Source of the DNA: Clostridia bacterium
Lineage (GTDB): Bacteria; Bacillota; Clostridia; TANB77; CAG-508
Direction of reading: 5' to 3'
Assembly: GCA_022797145.1 (NCBI GenBank)
Contig: JAAWKA010000007.1
Location: 1,589 to 65,588, forward strand
Length of the DNA stretch: 64,000 nucleotides
Position 1 is the first letter of the stretch. Every line of letters begins with the position of its first letter. Below are positions 1 through 11,217 of this stretch, piece after piece. The position numbers and the translations under genes were made by a program. The notes below the pieces were generated by a model that was given only the letters and a program-made list of their open reading frames with translations, was not told where the DNA came from and did no database searches.

Positions 1-436
1 AATCAATTAATGTTCCCCCACCAAATTCATCATGATTTAGTTTCCCTGCATCTTCTTCTATATGTATTCTAGTTATTCCTATTTTCTTTTTTTCTTCCCC
101 TTCTTCTATTTCTATATACCCTTCTTTACATAGTGGTTCATCAAATTGTGATATTTGATAAGATTTTGGAAGATCTGGATAAAAATAGTTCTTTCTATCA
201 TTTTTACTGTTTTTTTCTATTTTACAATTTGTTGCAAGTCCTGCTTTTACTGCATACTCTATTACTTTTTCATTTAGTACTGGTAAAGTTCCTGGCATTG
301 CCATACATATAGGACAACAATTGGTATTAGGAACTGCACCAAACTCTGTAGGACATGAACAAAATATTTTTGTTTTAGTTGATAATTCTGCATGAACTTC
401 TAGTCCTATTACTGCTTCATAGTCTTGTTTTGCCAT
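1..436 (-). CDS. gatB: Asp/Glu-tRNA amidotransferase subunit B, N-terminal part (gene runs off the left edge)
   Basis: Not in the ORF track because it is truncated. Minus-strand translation from ATG 436-434 reads [25 protein letters not shown]..., the conserved GatB N-terminus. Lies directly downstream of gatC-gatA. Confidence 0.9.
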   Translation of the reverse strand, partial: MAKQDYEAVIGLEVHAELSTKTKIFCSCPTEFGAVPNTNCCPICMAMPGTLPVLNEKVIEYAVKAGLATNCKIEKNSKNDRKNYFYPDLPKSYQISQFDEPLCKEGYIEIEEGEEKKKIGITRIHIEEDAGKLNHDEFGGGTLID

Positions 437-456
437 TTTTCTCTTCCTTTCTTAAT

Positions 457-1917
457 TTATTTTATAAATTGCGGTCTATTTTCTCTAAAATCAGTATTTT
501 GTTCATATGTATATGCTGCTTTTAATATTATCTCTTCTTGAAAATTATTTCCTATTAATTGAAAACCTATTGGCATCCCTTCATTATTTAATCCACATGG
601 TATAGATATTGCTGGAAGTCCTGCTATATTCACAGATACTGTACATATATCTGCTAAATACATTTCTAGTGGATTCTCAGCTTTTGCTCCTATATCAAAC
701 GCTACATTTGGTGATGTTGGTGTTAATATTACATCAAACTTTTGGAAATTTTTTTCAAACTCTTTTTTTACTAATGTGCGAATTTGTTGTGCCTTTTTAT
801 AATATGCTTCATAGTATCCTGAACTTAATACATATGTTCCTAATATTATTCTTCTTTTTACCTCTTTTCCAAACCCTTGAGTTCTCGAATTTTTATACAA
901 TTCTTTTAAGTTTTTAAAATTCTTAGCCCTATATCCATATCTAATTCCATCAAATCTTCCTAAATTTGAACTTGCTTCTGCACAAGCTATTATGTAATAT
1001 GCTGCAAGTGAGTACTTAGCTACATTTAATGAACATTCTTCAATTATTGCTCCTAACTGTTCATACTTCTTTATTACTTTTTGTATACTTTGTCTTACTT
1101 CTTCATTTACTCCTTCTGCAAAATATTCTTTTGGTATACCTATTTTTAGTCCCTTTACATTATTTTTTAAACTTTCAGTATAATCCTTTTTTTCTAACTT
1201 TGCTGATGTTGTATCTTTTTGATCATATCCCGCTATTATATTTAATAATAATGCTGCATCTGTTACATCTTTAGTTAGAGTTCCGATTTGATCTAAAGAA
1301 GATGCAAATGCTACCAAACCATATCTAGATACTAATCCATATGTGGGTTTTAAACCTACTACTCCACAAAAAGCTGCTGGCTGACGTATAGAACCTCCTG
1401 TATCACTTCCCAATGCCCAAGGAACCATATATGCTGCTACTGCCGCTGCTGATCCTCCACTTGAACCTCCTGGTACTTTATTTAAGTTCCATGGATTTTT
1501 TGTCTTTTTAAAATATGAATATTCTGTTGAACTTCCCATTGCAAATTCATCCATGTTTAGCTTTCCAAGTGAAATCATATTTTGTTCTTTTATTTTTTTC
1601 ATTACAGTAGCATCATATGGAGATATAAAGTTTTCTAACATTTTTGATGCACAAGTTGTTTTTTCACCTTTTGTACATATATTATCTTTTATTCCTATTG
1701 GAATTCCTGCAAATTTTGAATTTGATTTTTCTATATTTTGTTCAAGTTTTTCTTGTTCTATTTGTGCTTCTTGTGTCCTAGATGTAACAAATGCTTGTAC
1801 ATCATTTTCTTTTTCTTCTATTCTCTTTATATATGATTGCATTATTTCTTTTCTTGTTATTTCCTTTTTTTCTAATTTGTCTAAAAGTTCATGAACAGTC
1901 AATTCATAAAGTTCCAT
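457..1917 (-). CDS. gatA: Glutamyl-tRNA(Gln) amidotransferase subunit A
   Basis: 486-aa ORF with amidase signature [13 protein letters not shown] and [12 protein letters not shown]; gatC-gatA-gatB order. Confidence 0.95.
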   Translation of the reverse strand: MELYELTVHELLDKLEKKEITRKEIMQSYIKRIEEKENDVQAFVTSRTQEAQIEQEKLEQNIEKSNSKFAGIPIGIKDNICTKGEKTTCASKMLENFISPYDATVMKKIKEQNMISLGKLNMDEFAMGSSTEYSYFKKTKNPWNLNKVPGGSSGGSAAAVAAYMVPWALGSDTGGSIRQPAAFCGVVGLKPTYGLVSRYGLVAFASSLDQIGTLTKDVTDAALLLNIIAGYDQKDTTSAKLEKKDYTESLKNNVKGLKIGIPKEYFAEGVNEEVRQSIQKVIKKYEQLGAIIEECSLNVAKYSLAAYYIIACAEASSNLGRFDGIRYGYRAKNFKNLKELYKNSRTQGFGKEVKRRIILGTYVLSSGYYEAYYKKAQQIRTLVKKEFEKNFQKFDVILTPTSPNVAFDIGAKAENPLEMYLADICTVSVNIAGLPAISIPCGLNNEGMPIGFQLIGNNFQEEIILKAAYTYEQNTDFRENRPQFIK

Positions 1918-1928
1918 TATTTCCCTCC

Positions 1929-2219
1929 TTATTTTTTATCCATATTAGGTATTTTAAACATTCCTCTTTCTTTGTCTGGTGCATTTTGTAATAGTTCTTC
2001 TATATCATGTTGCTCATTTATCTCGTCTTTTCTAAATCTATTATAAATTTCATTTGTTGTAATTGTTTGTTGTAATTCTTCAACTTTTACATTGTTTATT
2101 ATATTTGCAAAATTTAAAATATTTTCTAAATTTTCTCTATATTCTTCTATTTGGTCTTCTTCCAAATTTAAGTTTGCTAAATTGGCAATATGTAAAACTT
2201 CTTCTTTTTTTACTTGCAT
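1929..2219 (-). CDS. gatC: Glutamyl-tRNA(Gln) amidotransferase subunit C
   Basis: 96-aa ORF, GatC-like N-terminus ([22 protein letters not shown]), immediately upstream of gatA. Confidence 0.9.
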   Translation of the reverse strand: MQVKKEEVLHIANLANLNLEEDQIEEYRENLENILNFANIINNVKVEELQQTITTNEIYNRFRKDEINEQHDIEELLQNAPDKERGMFKIPNMDKK

Positions 2220-2461
2220 TTGTATACCCCCTTACACCTTTTATAGTTTCTTATTATATATTCTTTTTACAAAAAATACAAGCATTATTTACACATAAAT
2301 AACACTTGCGTTCTACAACTGCAAGCTAATCAAGAAAATTTGCACATTCAGCTTTCCCATAGTTTAATTGTTCTAAAATATTTTTAAAAATGTCTTCACT
2401 TTCATTGATTTTTTATGTATACTATGTTATAATTTTATAAATAAATTTTTTGGGTGATTAT

Positions 2462-2668
2462 ATGCGTAATAATATTAAACGGCTCTTACAACGGCTTAAT
2501 GAAGTAGGTTTTGAAAATTTTGAAAATGAATTATCCTCTTCACCATATATTCAGGCTGATTTTAAGGTTGTAACAGCTCGAGTTAAAGAAATGCTAGAGG
2601 AAGAAAATCAAATTGAGGAACACATTAATTCTGGTAAATCTATTTTATTTTTTAAAATTAAGTTGTAA
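2462..2668 (+). CDS. Small hypothetical protein (68 aa from ATG 2462)
   Basis: ORF 2450-2668. The internal ATG at 2462 is preceded by a TTGATT-17nt-TATAAT promoter-like sequence near 2405-2433. Followed by a bidirectional hairpin. No recognisable family. Confidence 0.35.
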   Translation: MRNNIKRLLQRLNEVGFENFENELSSSPYIQADFKVVTARVKEMLEEENQIEEHINSGKSILFFKIKL

Positions 2669-2675
2669 TCATAAA

Positions 2676-2704
2676 ACAAGGACTTATAATTTATAAGTCC
2701 TTGT
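2676..2704. terminator. Bidirectional intrinsic terminator hairpin between convergent genes
   Basis: 14-nt perfect inverted repeat ACAAGGACTTATAA/TTATAAGTCCTTGT with T/A runs on both sides. Confidence 0.5.
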
Positions 2705-2711
2705 TCTTATT

Positions 2712-3506
2712 TTAATGTGTATGGTCCTCTTCCTCACTTGTTCCTAAACTACTTCCATAATTATTCATAATCCATTCTTGTGAATTAAATACATTTACCG
2801 TTTTTGGCATTCCATAATCTATTCCATATGTTTCTACTGTTATACTTGTTATTTTAGGAGGATTTACTGGTTTATCTACTCCTTCTTCTGCTGTAGTATC
2901 TCTTGTTACTACTTCTACATTTTCTATGTTATGTACTACTTCCATTCCTTCTATTACCTTGCCAAATGGTGTGTATAGTCCATTTAATGAAGGAGTATTT
3001 TTTGTCATGATAAAGAATTGAGAACCTGCTGAATTATAGCTTTCTTTTGTAAGTGTCCCACTTAGCTGTGTGTAATCTGACCTTGCCATTGATAATACTC
3101 CTTCTTCATGTCTTAATGTATTTTTATTAAAACCATTTGCTATAAATTCTCCTTCTATTGCATATAATTTTTCTTCTCCTCCTTCTGTTAAGTCACTTAA
3201 CATTGGAGAACCTGTACCATTTCCATTTTTGTCTCCTCCTTGTATCATAAAATTAGGTACTGTTCTATGGAAAGTTAATCCATTATAGAATTCCCTATTA
3301 GCAAGCATTATAAAATGTGCAACTGTGTTTGGAGCCATATCTGGATACAATTCTATTTTTATTGTACCAAAGTTTTCAACTTCTATTGTTGCAATTGGAT
3401 TTTTTACCACTTCAGTTGCTTTTTTGTAATATCCATAGCATAGAAATGCTATTAATATAATTACCAATACAATAGCCATTATTGTTATTATTTTTTTTGT
3501 TTTCAT
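2712..3506 (-). CDS. Cyclophilin-type peptidyl-prolyl cis-trans isomerase with N-terminal membrane anchor
   Basis: Motifs FHRTVPNFMIQGGD and GSQFFI; N-terminal hydrophobic helix. Confidence 0.9.
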   Translation of the reverse strand: MKTKKIITIMAIVLVIILIAFLCYGYYKKATEVVKNPIATIEVENFGTIKIELYPDMAPNTVAHFIMLANREFYNGLTFHRTVPNFMIQGGDKNGNGTGSPMLSDLTEGGEEKLYAIEGEFIANGFNKNTLRHEEGVLSMARSDYTQLSGTLTKESYNSAGSQFFIMTKNTPSLNGLYTPFGKVIEGMEVVHNIENVEVVTRDTTAEEGVDKPVNPPKITSITVETYGIDYGMPKTVNVFNSQEWIMNNYGSSLGTSEEEDHTH

Positions 3507-3594
3507 TTTTTATCTCACCTTATATATTATATTTAGATTTTTAACTCGGAAAACCTATAAACCTATATACTATATTAATATTATAAACTCTTTA

Positions 3595-4995
3595 TTATAT
3601 ATTAAATCTGAACTGATCTATTTCATAATTTTTGTTAATCTCTTCTTGTGTTAAAACCCTATTATAGATACGTATCTGATATATTTCACCTTTAAATGAA
3701 TTTTGTCCTGTGTAATTTCCATTAGAGTCTGCATAATCTCCTATAGCAAAATATAAATTTGATGTATTTGAAATTGTGTTTACATTATCTATTTTTCCTA
3801 TTTGCTTTCCATTTTTAAAATGTGTAAATTCTTTATTATTTAGATTTGTTGTAAGGGTTGCTACCAATAGTTCACTTTGGTTAAGTTCATTTTGAACATA
3901 AGCTCCATTTATTAAATTATCATTTAGACTATATTTATATAATTTATTATTCTGTATATACATTCCTAATCGTGGTTCTACTTCTTTACTAGATATCCAC
4001 CCTACAATTCCTCTTGTGTTTGAAATACTTTCTGATTTAAATACTACCTCTATTGTCATATTGTCTGAATTTTTAAGTGTTTGACAAATTCCAAAATCAT
4101 CTTGTCCATCAAATTTCAAGCCTTTACCTATCCAGCCACTATCTACTGTGTGATTAAAATTATTTAATATAATATCATTATTGTTGCCACTTAAATCTTC
4201 CCATATATTTGAGTTCATTATATGTCCATTTCTTGTATTTCCTTCACCGTCTAAATTTAAGATTATCCCTTCTTGTACATATATATATTTGTGTAAAACT
4301 TTACTATTCCCTGCTTTGTCTGTAAATTTTATGTCATATAATCCAGCTGTTCTTACTTCAAATTCATATCCTTCTTCTATTATCCAATTTGTTTGGTTAT
4401 GTAATTTATAGCTAACAGTTCCCTGTTTTACATTACTATTATAACTAATATCTACTATTCTAAATTTCCAAGAATTAGGTAATTTTTGTAGCTCTACATT
4501 AAAATTAGGTGATTTATTATTTTTTTCTACATATTCTATATTATTTACCCCATAACTTTGTATATCTGTTAATTTATAGTATTTCACTCCATCTATTTGT
4601 ATACCATTTACGCTAATTACTTCTCTTGTTTCAAAGTTAATAAGTAATTCTTGAGATATATTTTCTATATCAATTTTCTTTAAGTCTTCTTTTTGAAAAT
4701 ATCTAAATCCTTCTTTATTAGTTGCTTTTAATATTTCATTTAATTTTTCCTCTCCTAATATTGTTATATCTTTACCCAAATTTTTGTAATATTCTATGTC
4801 TTCTTTATTTAGTTTCATTTTTTCATATATTATATTTATTTTTGCTTGTACCATTTCAAGTTCAGATATAAATGCTGTTTTCTTAGAAGTTTTTAAGGCA
4901 TCTGTTCCGCTAGTTATTGTTATTCCTGCAAGTATTAATATTACTATTATTGTAATTATTAGAGTAAGTAATGTAATACCTTTTTGACTCTTCAA
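3595..4995 (-). CDS. LamG (concanavalin-like) domain protein with pilin-like N-terminal hydrophobic segment
   Basis: N-terminus MKSQKGITLLTLIITIIVILILAG resembles a prepilin leader plus helix but lacks Glu+5. The C-terminal region (GKGLKFDGQDD...GEIYQIRIYNRVLTQEEI) is LamG-like. Confidence 0.6.
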   Translation of the reverse strand: MKSQKGITLLTLIITIIVILILAGITITSGTDALKTSKKTAFISELEMVQAKINIIYEKMKLNKEDIEYYKNLGKDITILGEEKLNEILKATNKEGFRYFQKEDLKKIDIENISQELLINFETREVISVNGIQIDGVKYYKLTDIQSYGVNNIEYVEKNNKSPNFNVELQKLPNSWKFRIVDISYNSNVKQGTVSYKLHNQTNWIIEEGYEFEVRTAGLYDIKFTDKAGNSKVLHKYIYVQEGIILNLDGEGNTRNGHIMNSNIWEDLSGNNNDIILNNFNHTVDSGWIGKGLKFDGQDDFGICQTLKNSDNMTIEVVFKSESISNTRGIVGWISSKEVEPRLGMYIQNNKLYKYSLNDNLINGAYVQNELNQSELLVATLTTNLNNKEFTHFKNGKQIGKIDNVNTISNTSNLYFAIGDYADSNGNYTGQNSFKGEIYQIRIYNRVLTQEEINKNYEIDQFRFNI

Positions 4996-5024
4996 TTAAC
5001 TATACACCTCTTTTCTTTTGTATT

Positions 5025-6101
5025 TTATATCATTAAATTGTCAAATACAAACTGCTCCTGCATTCTTTTTAATGATTGTTTTATTGTTCTTGCACGTACT
5101 TCTCCAATTCCCTCTACCTCATCTAATTGTGGTATATCTGCTCCTAATATATGTTGAAAAGATTTGAATTTTTTTATTAAGTTTTCTACTATATTATTTG
5201 GCATTCTTGGTACTTTATTTAATATTCTATACCCCTTTGTAAATACACCTACTTCATCATAATTATCAAATAACTCATATCCTAAAATTTTAGCTATTAT
5301 TTGTGCATTCATCAAATCTTCATAATTTAAATTTATAATTTCTTGTAATACCTTCTCTGGAGTCCTTTTCTTTCCTGGTGCTATATAGTCTTTAATTATT
5401 AATAGCTCTTCTTCTTCTAAATCTCCAACTAATTCATCTAATTGCATTTGTACTAGTCTTCCTTCTTCTCCTAATTCATATATTTTTCTTTGCACTTCTT
5501 CAACTATTTTCATCACCATTTCAGCTCTTTGTATTGATGTTATAACATTGTCTAATGTTACAATATCATTAAATTCATATTCATTTAACATGCTTAACTT
5601 ACTATCAAAAACTTTTTTATACTTCTCAACTGTTTGTAATGCTTGGTTTGCTGTTGTTAGTACTTTAGAAGTATCTTCTATTACATATCTAAATTCTCCT
5701 TTAAAAACAGTAATAATATTTCTTCTTTGTGATATACTTATTACTAATTCTTTAGTTTGTTTTGCTGTACGCTCTGCAGTTCTGTGTCTTGTTCCTGTTT
5801 CTGTTGTTGCTATAGAGGCATTTGGAATTAATTGTGCATTTGCAAAAAGTATTGTTTTTAAATCTCCACTTAACACTATTGCACCATCCATTTTAGCTAG
5901 TTCATATAGTCTAGATGATGTATAATCTTCATTAATATTGAAACCACCGTCTACAATATCTAATACCTCTTTTGAGTCTCCAATTACAATTAATGCTCCT
6001 GTTTTTGCTTTTAATATATTTTCTAAACCTTGCCTTATTTGTGTTCCTGGAGCTATTAATTTTAATATATCTGTGGTATTAATCTCACGATTTAGTCTCA
6101 C
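5025..6101 (-). CDS. disA: DNA integrity scanning protein / diadenylate cyclase
   Basis: DAC-domain motifs DGAIVL and TGTRHRTAER; C-terminal HhH; adjacent to radA as in other Firmicutes. Confidence 0.95.
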   Translation of the reverse strand: MRLNREINTTDILKLIAPGTQIRQGLENILKAKTGALIVIGDSKEVLDIVDGGFNINEDYTSSRLYELAKMDGAIVLSGDLKTILFANAQLIPNASIATTETGTRHRTAERTAKQTKELVISISQRRNIITVFKGEFRYVIEDTSKVLTTANQALQTVEKYKKVFDSKLSMLNEYEFNDIVTLDNVITSIQRAEMVMKIVEEVQRKIYELGEEGRLVQMQLDELVGDLEEEELLIIKDYIAPGKKRTPEKVLQEIINLNYEDLMNAQIIAKILGYELFDNYDEVGVFTKGYRILNKVPRMPNNIVENLIKKFKSFQHILGADIPQLDEVEGIGEVRARTIKQSLKRMQEQFVFDNLMI

Positions 6102-6121
6102 CTTTTATCACATCTCTTTCC

Positions 6122-7486
6122 CTACTTTAATCCGATTCTCTTCATTGCTTCTATTATATTATTTACGCCTATTATATCTAATTTATATTTTTCTTTCAAT
6201 AGTTTTTTATTACTTTCTGGAATGATGCAACACTTAAACCCTAGTTTTTCTGCTTCTTTTATTCTTTTTTCAATTAGATTAATACTTCTTACTTCTCCTG
6301 TTAAGCCAACTTCGCCTATTGCTATTGTATCCTTTGGAATAGATATGTTTTTAAAACTTGATGCTGCTGCAAGTATAATTCCTAAGTCAATAGCTGGTTC
6401 ATTTAATTTTATTCCTCCAACAATATTAATATATACATCTTGATTTCCTAAAAGCATCCCTGCTTTTTTTTCTAATACGGCAATTAATAATGTAAGTCTA
6501 TTGTAGTCCATACCATTTGCTGTTCTTCTTGGTATTCCAAATACACTTGGACTTGTAAGTGCTTGTATTTCTATTAATAATGGTCTTGTCCCTTCCATTG
6601 TTGCAACAATTATTGAACCAGCTGGATTATCTTCCCTTTCTGAAATTAATATAGAAGATGGATTATCAATCTCTGACATTCCTTTATCTACCATTTCAAA
6701 CATTCCAATTTCATTTGTTGAACCAAATCTATTTTTTACACCTCTTAAAATTCTATAAGAAAAATATCTTTCTCCTTCTAAATATAAAACTGTATCCACC
6801 ATATGTTCTAAAACACGTGGCCCTGCTATATTTCCATCTTTTGTTACATGTCCTATGATGATTGTTGTTATGGAATTTTGTTTACATATTTTCATGATTT
6901 TTGATGTAATATCCCTTACTTGACTTACACTTCCTGGTGATGAAGTAATTTCATCTGAATACATTGTTTGAATTGAATCTATTATTACTAATTTAGGTTT
7001 TTCAGATATAATTGCTGTTTCAATTAATGATATATCTGTCTCACCTAAAAATAAAATATCATTATTACAAATCTTTAATCTATCTGCTCTTAACTTTATT
7101 TGCTCTGCTGATTCTTCTCCTGATACATATAAGACTTTCCCCTCTGCTTTTATTTTATCACATATTTGTAAGATTAGAGTTGATTTTCCTATGCCTGGTT
7201 CTCCTCCTAAGAGAACTAAAGAACCTTTTACAAGTCCTCCTCCAAGTACTCTATCTAATTCAGTAAAGCCTGTAAAAATTCTTGAAATATTACTTCCTTC
7301 TACTTTGTTTAAAGCCATAGGAATTACTTCTTTCTTCTTTTCATATTTATTTCCTGTACTACTAGATTTAACAAGTTTTTCTTCATAGAAACTATTCCAT
7401 TCGCTACATCCTGGACATTTCCCAAGCCATTTAGGTGACTCATATCCACAGCTACTACATACAAATATACTTTTATCCTTTGCCAT
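6122..7486 (-). CDS. radA: DNA repair protein RadA
   Basis: N-terminal zinc finger CSSCGYESPKWLGKCPGC, Walker A GEPGIGKST, Lon-like C-terminus. Confidence 0.95.
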   Translation of the reverse strand: MAKDKSIFVCSSCGYESPKWLGKCPGCSEWNSFYEEKLVKSSSTGNKYEKKKEVIPMALNKVEGSNISRIFTGFTELDRVLGGGLVKGSLVLLGGEPGIGKSTLILQICDKIKAEGKVLYVSGEESAEQIKLRADRLKICNNDILFLGETDISLIETAIISEKPKLVIIDSIQTMYSDEITSSPGSVSQVRDITSKIMKICKQNSITTIIIGHVTKDGNIAGPRVLEHMVDTVLYLEGERYFSYRILRGVKNRFGSTNEIGMFEMVDKGMSEIDNPSSILISEREDNPAGSIIVATMEGTRPLLIEIQALTSPSVFGIPRRTANGMDYNRLTLLIAVLEKKAGMLLGNQDVYINIVGGIKLNEPAIDLGIILAAASSFKNISIPKDTIAIGEVGLTGEVRSINLIEKRIKEAEKLGFKCCIIPESNKKLLKEKYKLDIIGVNNIIEAMKRIGLK

Positions 7487-7647
7487 TTTCTCTCCTTTTT
7501 TAATAAATATTTAATGAAAATATTTCATTAAATATTTATTAATTTACTTCTCTTTTTCATAATTATTATTGTATATTAAAATATATCATAAAAATTATTT
7601 TCATGATATATTTTTCATAAACTTTATTTACTTTGTTAGTTTAAAAG

Positions 7648-9387
7648 CTAATTAAACATTTGATTTAATAAAATAATAAACATTGCATGTGACCATCCTA
7701 ATCCAATTACCCAAGCTGGTTGCATTGTATTGTTATCTATTTGTTCTGCTAAAAAGCCATGTTGGCTTGCAGAGTTTATTACAAAATCTAAACACTCTTT
7801 TGCTTTTTCTTTATTATTTTGCTCCAAATGGTATAATCCCATCCATAATGTTGCAATTGGCCAAGGATTTCCATTCATATAATGGTCTTGTTCGAATCTT
7901 TGATATCCGCCTGTATAAGTCCTTAATGTTAAATCTATTTTCTCTATTGTATTTGTTATTCTTTTTTCTTTTGGCGTAAATATTTCAAATGGAGTTACTG
8001 CACCTAATATACTAATATCTATAGTTTTATCTTCTACTCCTCTTGTATAACTTTTTTTAGTTTCATCATACATATTTTGTATTATATATTCTTTTATCTT
8101 TAGTTGTTGTTTTTGTAATATCTCTTTTTGCTTTTGTATTGCTTGTTGTTTTAATTTTGCACTTGTATCTTGCTCTTGTTCAAAAATTTGATATGTTTTT
8201 ATCATGCATTCATATGCTGAAAATATGCTAGCTAATGAATATAAATGTATTCCTTCATGCATTTCCCATAAGTCATAGCTTTTTTGAATTTCTTCTTTTT
8301 TTTCTATGACTAATGTTATATATTTTTGTAAATACTTTATTGCCTTTTCCATCATTTTTAAGTTTTCTTTTAGAAACTTTATATTTTTTGTAAATTTGTA
8401 GTGTTCATAAATTCCATATATTACACTTGCTGTTTCATCTATTTGATATCCCCAACATGGTGCAAGTCTTGTATCTGTATAAAAACGTTGTTCCCACATT
8501 CCATTTTTACTTTGTGTATTTTGACAAAATTGTTTGTAAAATTTCTCTGTTTGTTCTTGCATTCCTAACATATCTAATGCTTTTGTTATAAATACTGCAT
8601 CTCTTGGCCAGCAGTATGCATATCTACCACATTTTTGTAAATTCTCATCTATCTCTATTGCTGCTCCAATTCCACCTGTTTGTTCATTGGTTAATAATGG
8701 ATATAATAATATTGTTCTTGTATAAATTTTTTTCACTTTTTTATTATATTGTGTTTCTTCTTTCAATTCTATTTTTGTATGTTCTTTTACATATCTTTCC
8801 CAATACTTCTGGGTCTGTTGGAGTTCTTTTTTTATATCTATTTGTGATATATTATTTAGTTGTTCTTCTATTTCATCTAATTTGTGTTTTGTATTGTTTT
8901 GATTTATATGAATCATTATTTCAATTGTTTTTGTTTCATTTGGTTTTAACTTACCTATTTCATAATTAATACTTGAATCATGTGACATTCCTATATAGTC
9001 TTTATCATTTATCTCTCCTGTATATATATTGTGCTTCGTATTGTTTATTTGATGTGTTGTTATTTTATGACTTTTTGACAATATTGTAAATGTATAATCA
9101 TGTGAATATTGCATTATTCCATTTTGTATTACCTTAGCTCCTATAAAATTATTGTCATTTGATAATAATTTTGAGTGTAATAAAAAATTTATGTCCAAAT
9201 CTATCTGGTTTTCATTTGTAAAAGTATATGTTTTTACTAAAACATTTTTATCTATTGGAACAAAGTCAGTTTGTAAAATTTTTAGATTAAAATATGTATT
9301 TTTTATTTGTGTATTTAATATATTTGTATTTTCTGTATAATATTGATTATATTGATTATTTATGTCATCATGTAACTTTATTAGCAT
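7648..9387 (-). CDS. Glycoside hydrolase family 15 (glucoamylase-like) protein; the 5' end appears frameshifted (see findings)
   Basis: 579-aa ORF with RYAYCWPRDAVF and LWEM-type motifs typical of GH15. A further N-terminal segment is readable in another frame up to ATG 9544. Confidence 0.7.
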   Translation of the reverse strand: MLIKLHDDINNQYNQYYTENTNILNTQIKNTYFNLKILQTDFVPIDKNVLVKTYTFTNENQIDLDINFLLHSKLLSNDNNFIGAKVIQNGIMQYSHDYTFTILSKSHKITTHQINNTKHNIYTGEINDKDYIGMSHDSSINYEIGKLKPNETKTIEIMIHINQNNTKHKLDEIEEQLNNISQIDIKKELQQTQKYWERYVKEHTKIELKEETQYNKKVKKIYTRTILLYPLLTNEQTGGIGAAIEIDENLQKCGRYAYCWPRDAVFITKALDMLGMQEQTEKFYKQFCQNTQSKNGMWEQRFYTDTRLAPCWGYQIDETASVIYGIYEHYKFTKNIKFLKENLKMMEKAIKYLQKYITLVIEKKEEIQKSYDLWEMHEGIHLYSLASIFSAYECMIKTYQIFEQEQDTSAKLKQQAIQKQKEILQKQQLKIKEYIIQNMYDETKKSYTRGVEDKTIDISILGAVTPFEIFTPKEKRITNTIEKIDLTLRTYTGGYQRFEQDHYMNGNPWPIATLWMGLYHLEQNNKEKAKECLDFVINSASQHGFLAEQIDNNTMQPAWVIGLGWSHAMFIILLNQMFN

Positions 9388-9546
9388 TGAGTCATTTATT
9401 TTTATACCTGTATATAGATAATCTATAAATTGTCTATAGTCTGGTGCTTGGTCAAATATCCTTAGAAGTTCTCCGTTTATTTGTATAACTTGCCCTTATT
9501 TTGTTATTACCAATTACAGCATCATTGAAATATTTATTATCCATAT

Positions 9547-11193
9547 TTACTCCTCTATTATTTTTACAATTTGCTTTTCTAACTCTTTTATTTTTTCATT
9601 TATTACTGCTACTTCCGCATCTTTTGCATGTTCTGATATTATATCTTCTTTAATTATTTGTTCCATATCTACTACTTCTTGTTTTAATTTTTGCATTCTT
9701 TCTAATACTTCTAGCCTTAATGGTTTATATCTTGTTGATAATTCTATTTTATTTGTAAGTTCTATTTTCTCATTTAATTCATAAGTTTGTCCAAAATCTG
9801 GTATTGTTACAGGTATTTGAGTATTTTCTATTATTTTTTGTTTCAATACATTTTGTGCTTCTTGTTCTCCATGTACTAAAAATATATGTTTTGGTTTTTT
9901 TATAAAAGAATAAATAAAGTTTAATAACCATTCTTGATCTGCATGTCCTGAATATCCCTCTATATATTCTATTCTTGCATTAACAGCTATTTCTTCTCCA
10001 AAAATTTTTACTTTTTTTTCACCTTCTACTAGTCTACTTCCAAGTGTTCCCGCTGCTTGATATCCTACAAATAATATTGTATTTTTTGGGTTCCATAAGT
10101 TATGTTTTAAATGATGCTTTATTCTTCCTACCTCACACATTCCACTTGCTGATATTATTATAGCTGGTTCATTACTCTCATTTAAAGCCTTTGATTCTTC
10201 TGCTGTTTTTGTAAATTGTAATCCTGCAAATTCTAATGGATTATCTCCTTTTTGCATTGCTTGTTTTACTTCTTCATCAAATAGATCTGCATTTTCTCTG
10301 AATATTTCTGTTGCTGATATTGCAAGTGGACTATCTACAAATACTGGTATACTCATTAGTTCTTTGTACTTTTTCTTAAAATCTTCATCTTCTCTTCTCT
10401 CTTTTAGTTTGTTTAATTCATATACTATTTCTTGTGTCCTTCCTACTGCAAATGACGGTATTACTACTGTTCCTCCATTTTCTATAGTTTGTGACACTAT
10501 ATCTAAAAATAATTCTGCTTTACTATCATTTCTCATATGTAATCTACTTCCATATGTTGATTCCATTACTAAATAATCTGCTGATTCTATCATTGTTGGT
10601 GATGATAGTAGTGGTATATCGTTATTTCCTAAATCTCCTGTAAATACTATTTTTTCTGTTTTGTTTTCCTGTGTTACCCATATTTCAATTATACTAGAAC
10701 CTAGCATATGTCCTGCGTCATTAAATCGTACTTTTATATTTTCATCTATTTCTATTATTTCATCATATTCTACTCTTTTGAATAACTCTAATGATTGTAT
10801 GGCCTCTTCTGCTGTGTATAATGCTTCTAATTCTTTTTTTGATTCTCTTTTTCTTTTTTTGTTTTTCCATTGAATTTCCATTTCTTGTATATGTCCACTA
10901 TCTGGTAACATAATTGTACATAAATCACAAGTTGCTTTTGTTGCTATAATTGGATTTTTATATCCTTCTTTATATAATTTTGGTATTCTTCCTGAATGAT
11001 CTATGTGCGCATGTGTTAGTAGCATGAAATCTATTTCATCTATATTAAATAAAAATGGGGCTTCATTTTCTTTTTCTTGTGTTGCTTTTCCTTGATACAT
11101 CCCACAATCTACTAAAAATTTCTTTCCTGCTGCTTCTACTAAAAAATTTGATCCTGTTACTGTTTTTGTAGCTCCTAAAAATGTTATTTTCAT
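9547..11193 (-). CDS. MBL-fold beta-CASP family ribonuclease
   Basis: HAHIDHSGRIP metallo-beta-lactamase motif plus a beta-CASP-like middle region; 548 aa. Confidence 0.8.
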   Translation of the reverse strand: MKITFLGATKTVTGSNFLVEAAGKKFLVDCGMYQGKATQEKENEAPFLFNIDEIDFMLLTHAHIDHSGRIPKLYKEGYKNPIIATKATCDLCTIMLPDSGHIQEMEIQWKNKKRKRESKKELEALYTAEEAIQSLELFKRVEYDEIIEIDENIKVRFNDAGHMLGSSIIEIWVTQENKTEKIVFTGDLGNNDIPLLSSPTMIESADYLVMESTYGSRLHMRNDSKAELFLDIVSQTIENGGTVVIPSFAVGRTQEIVYELNKLKERREDEDFKKKYKELMSIPVFVDSPLAISATEIFRENADLFDEEVKQAMQKGDNPLEFAGLQFTKTAEESKALNESNEPAIIISASGMCEVGRIKHHLKHNLWNPKNTILFVGYQAAGTLGSRLVEGEKKVKIFGEEIAVNARIEYIEGYSGHADQEWLLNFIYSFIKKPKHIFLVHGEQEAQNVLKQKIIENTQIPVTIPDFGQTYELNEKIELTNKIELSTRYKPLRLEVLERMQKLKQEVVDMEQIIKEDIISEHAKDAEVAVINEKIKELEKQIVKIIEE

Positions 11194-11217
11194 CTTTTGT
11201 TCCTCCTTTAGTTAAAT

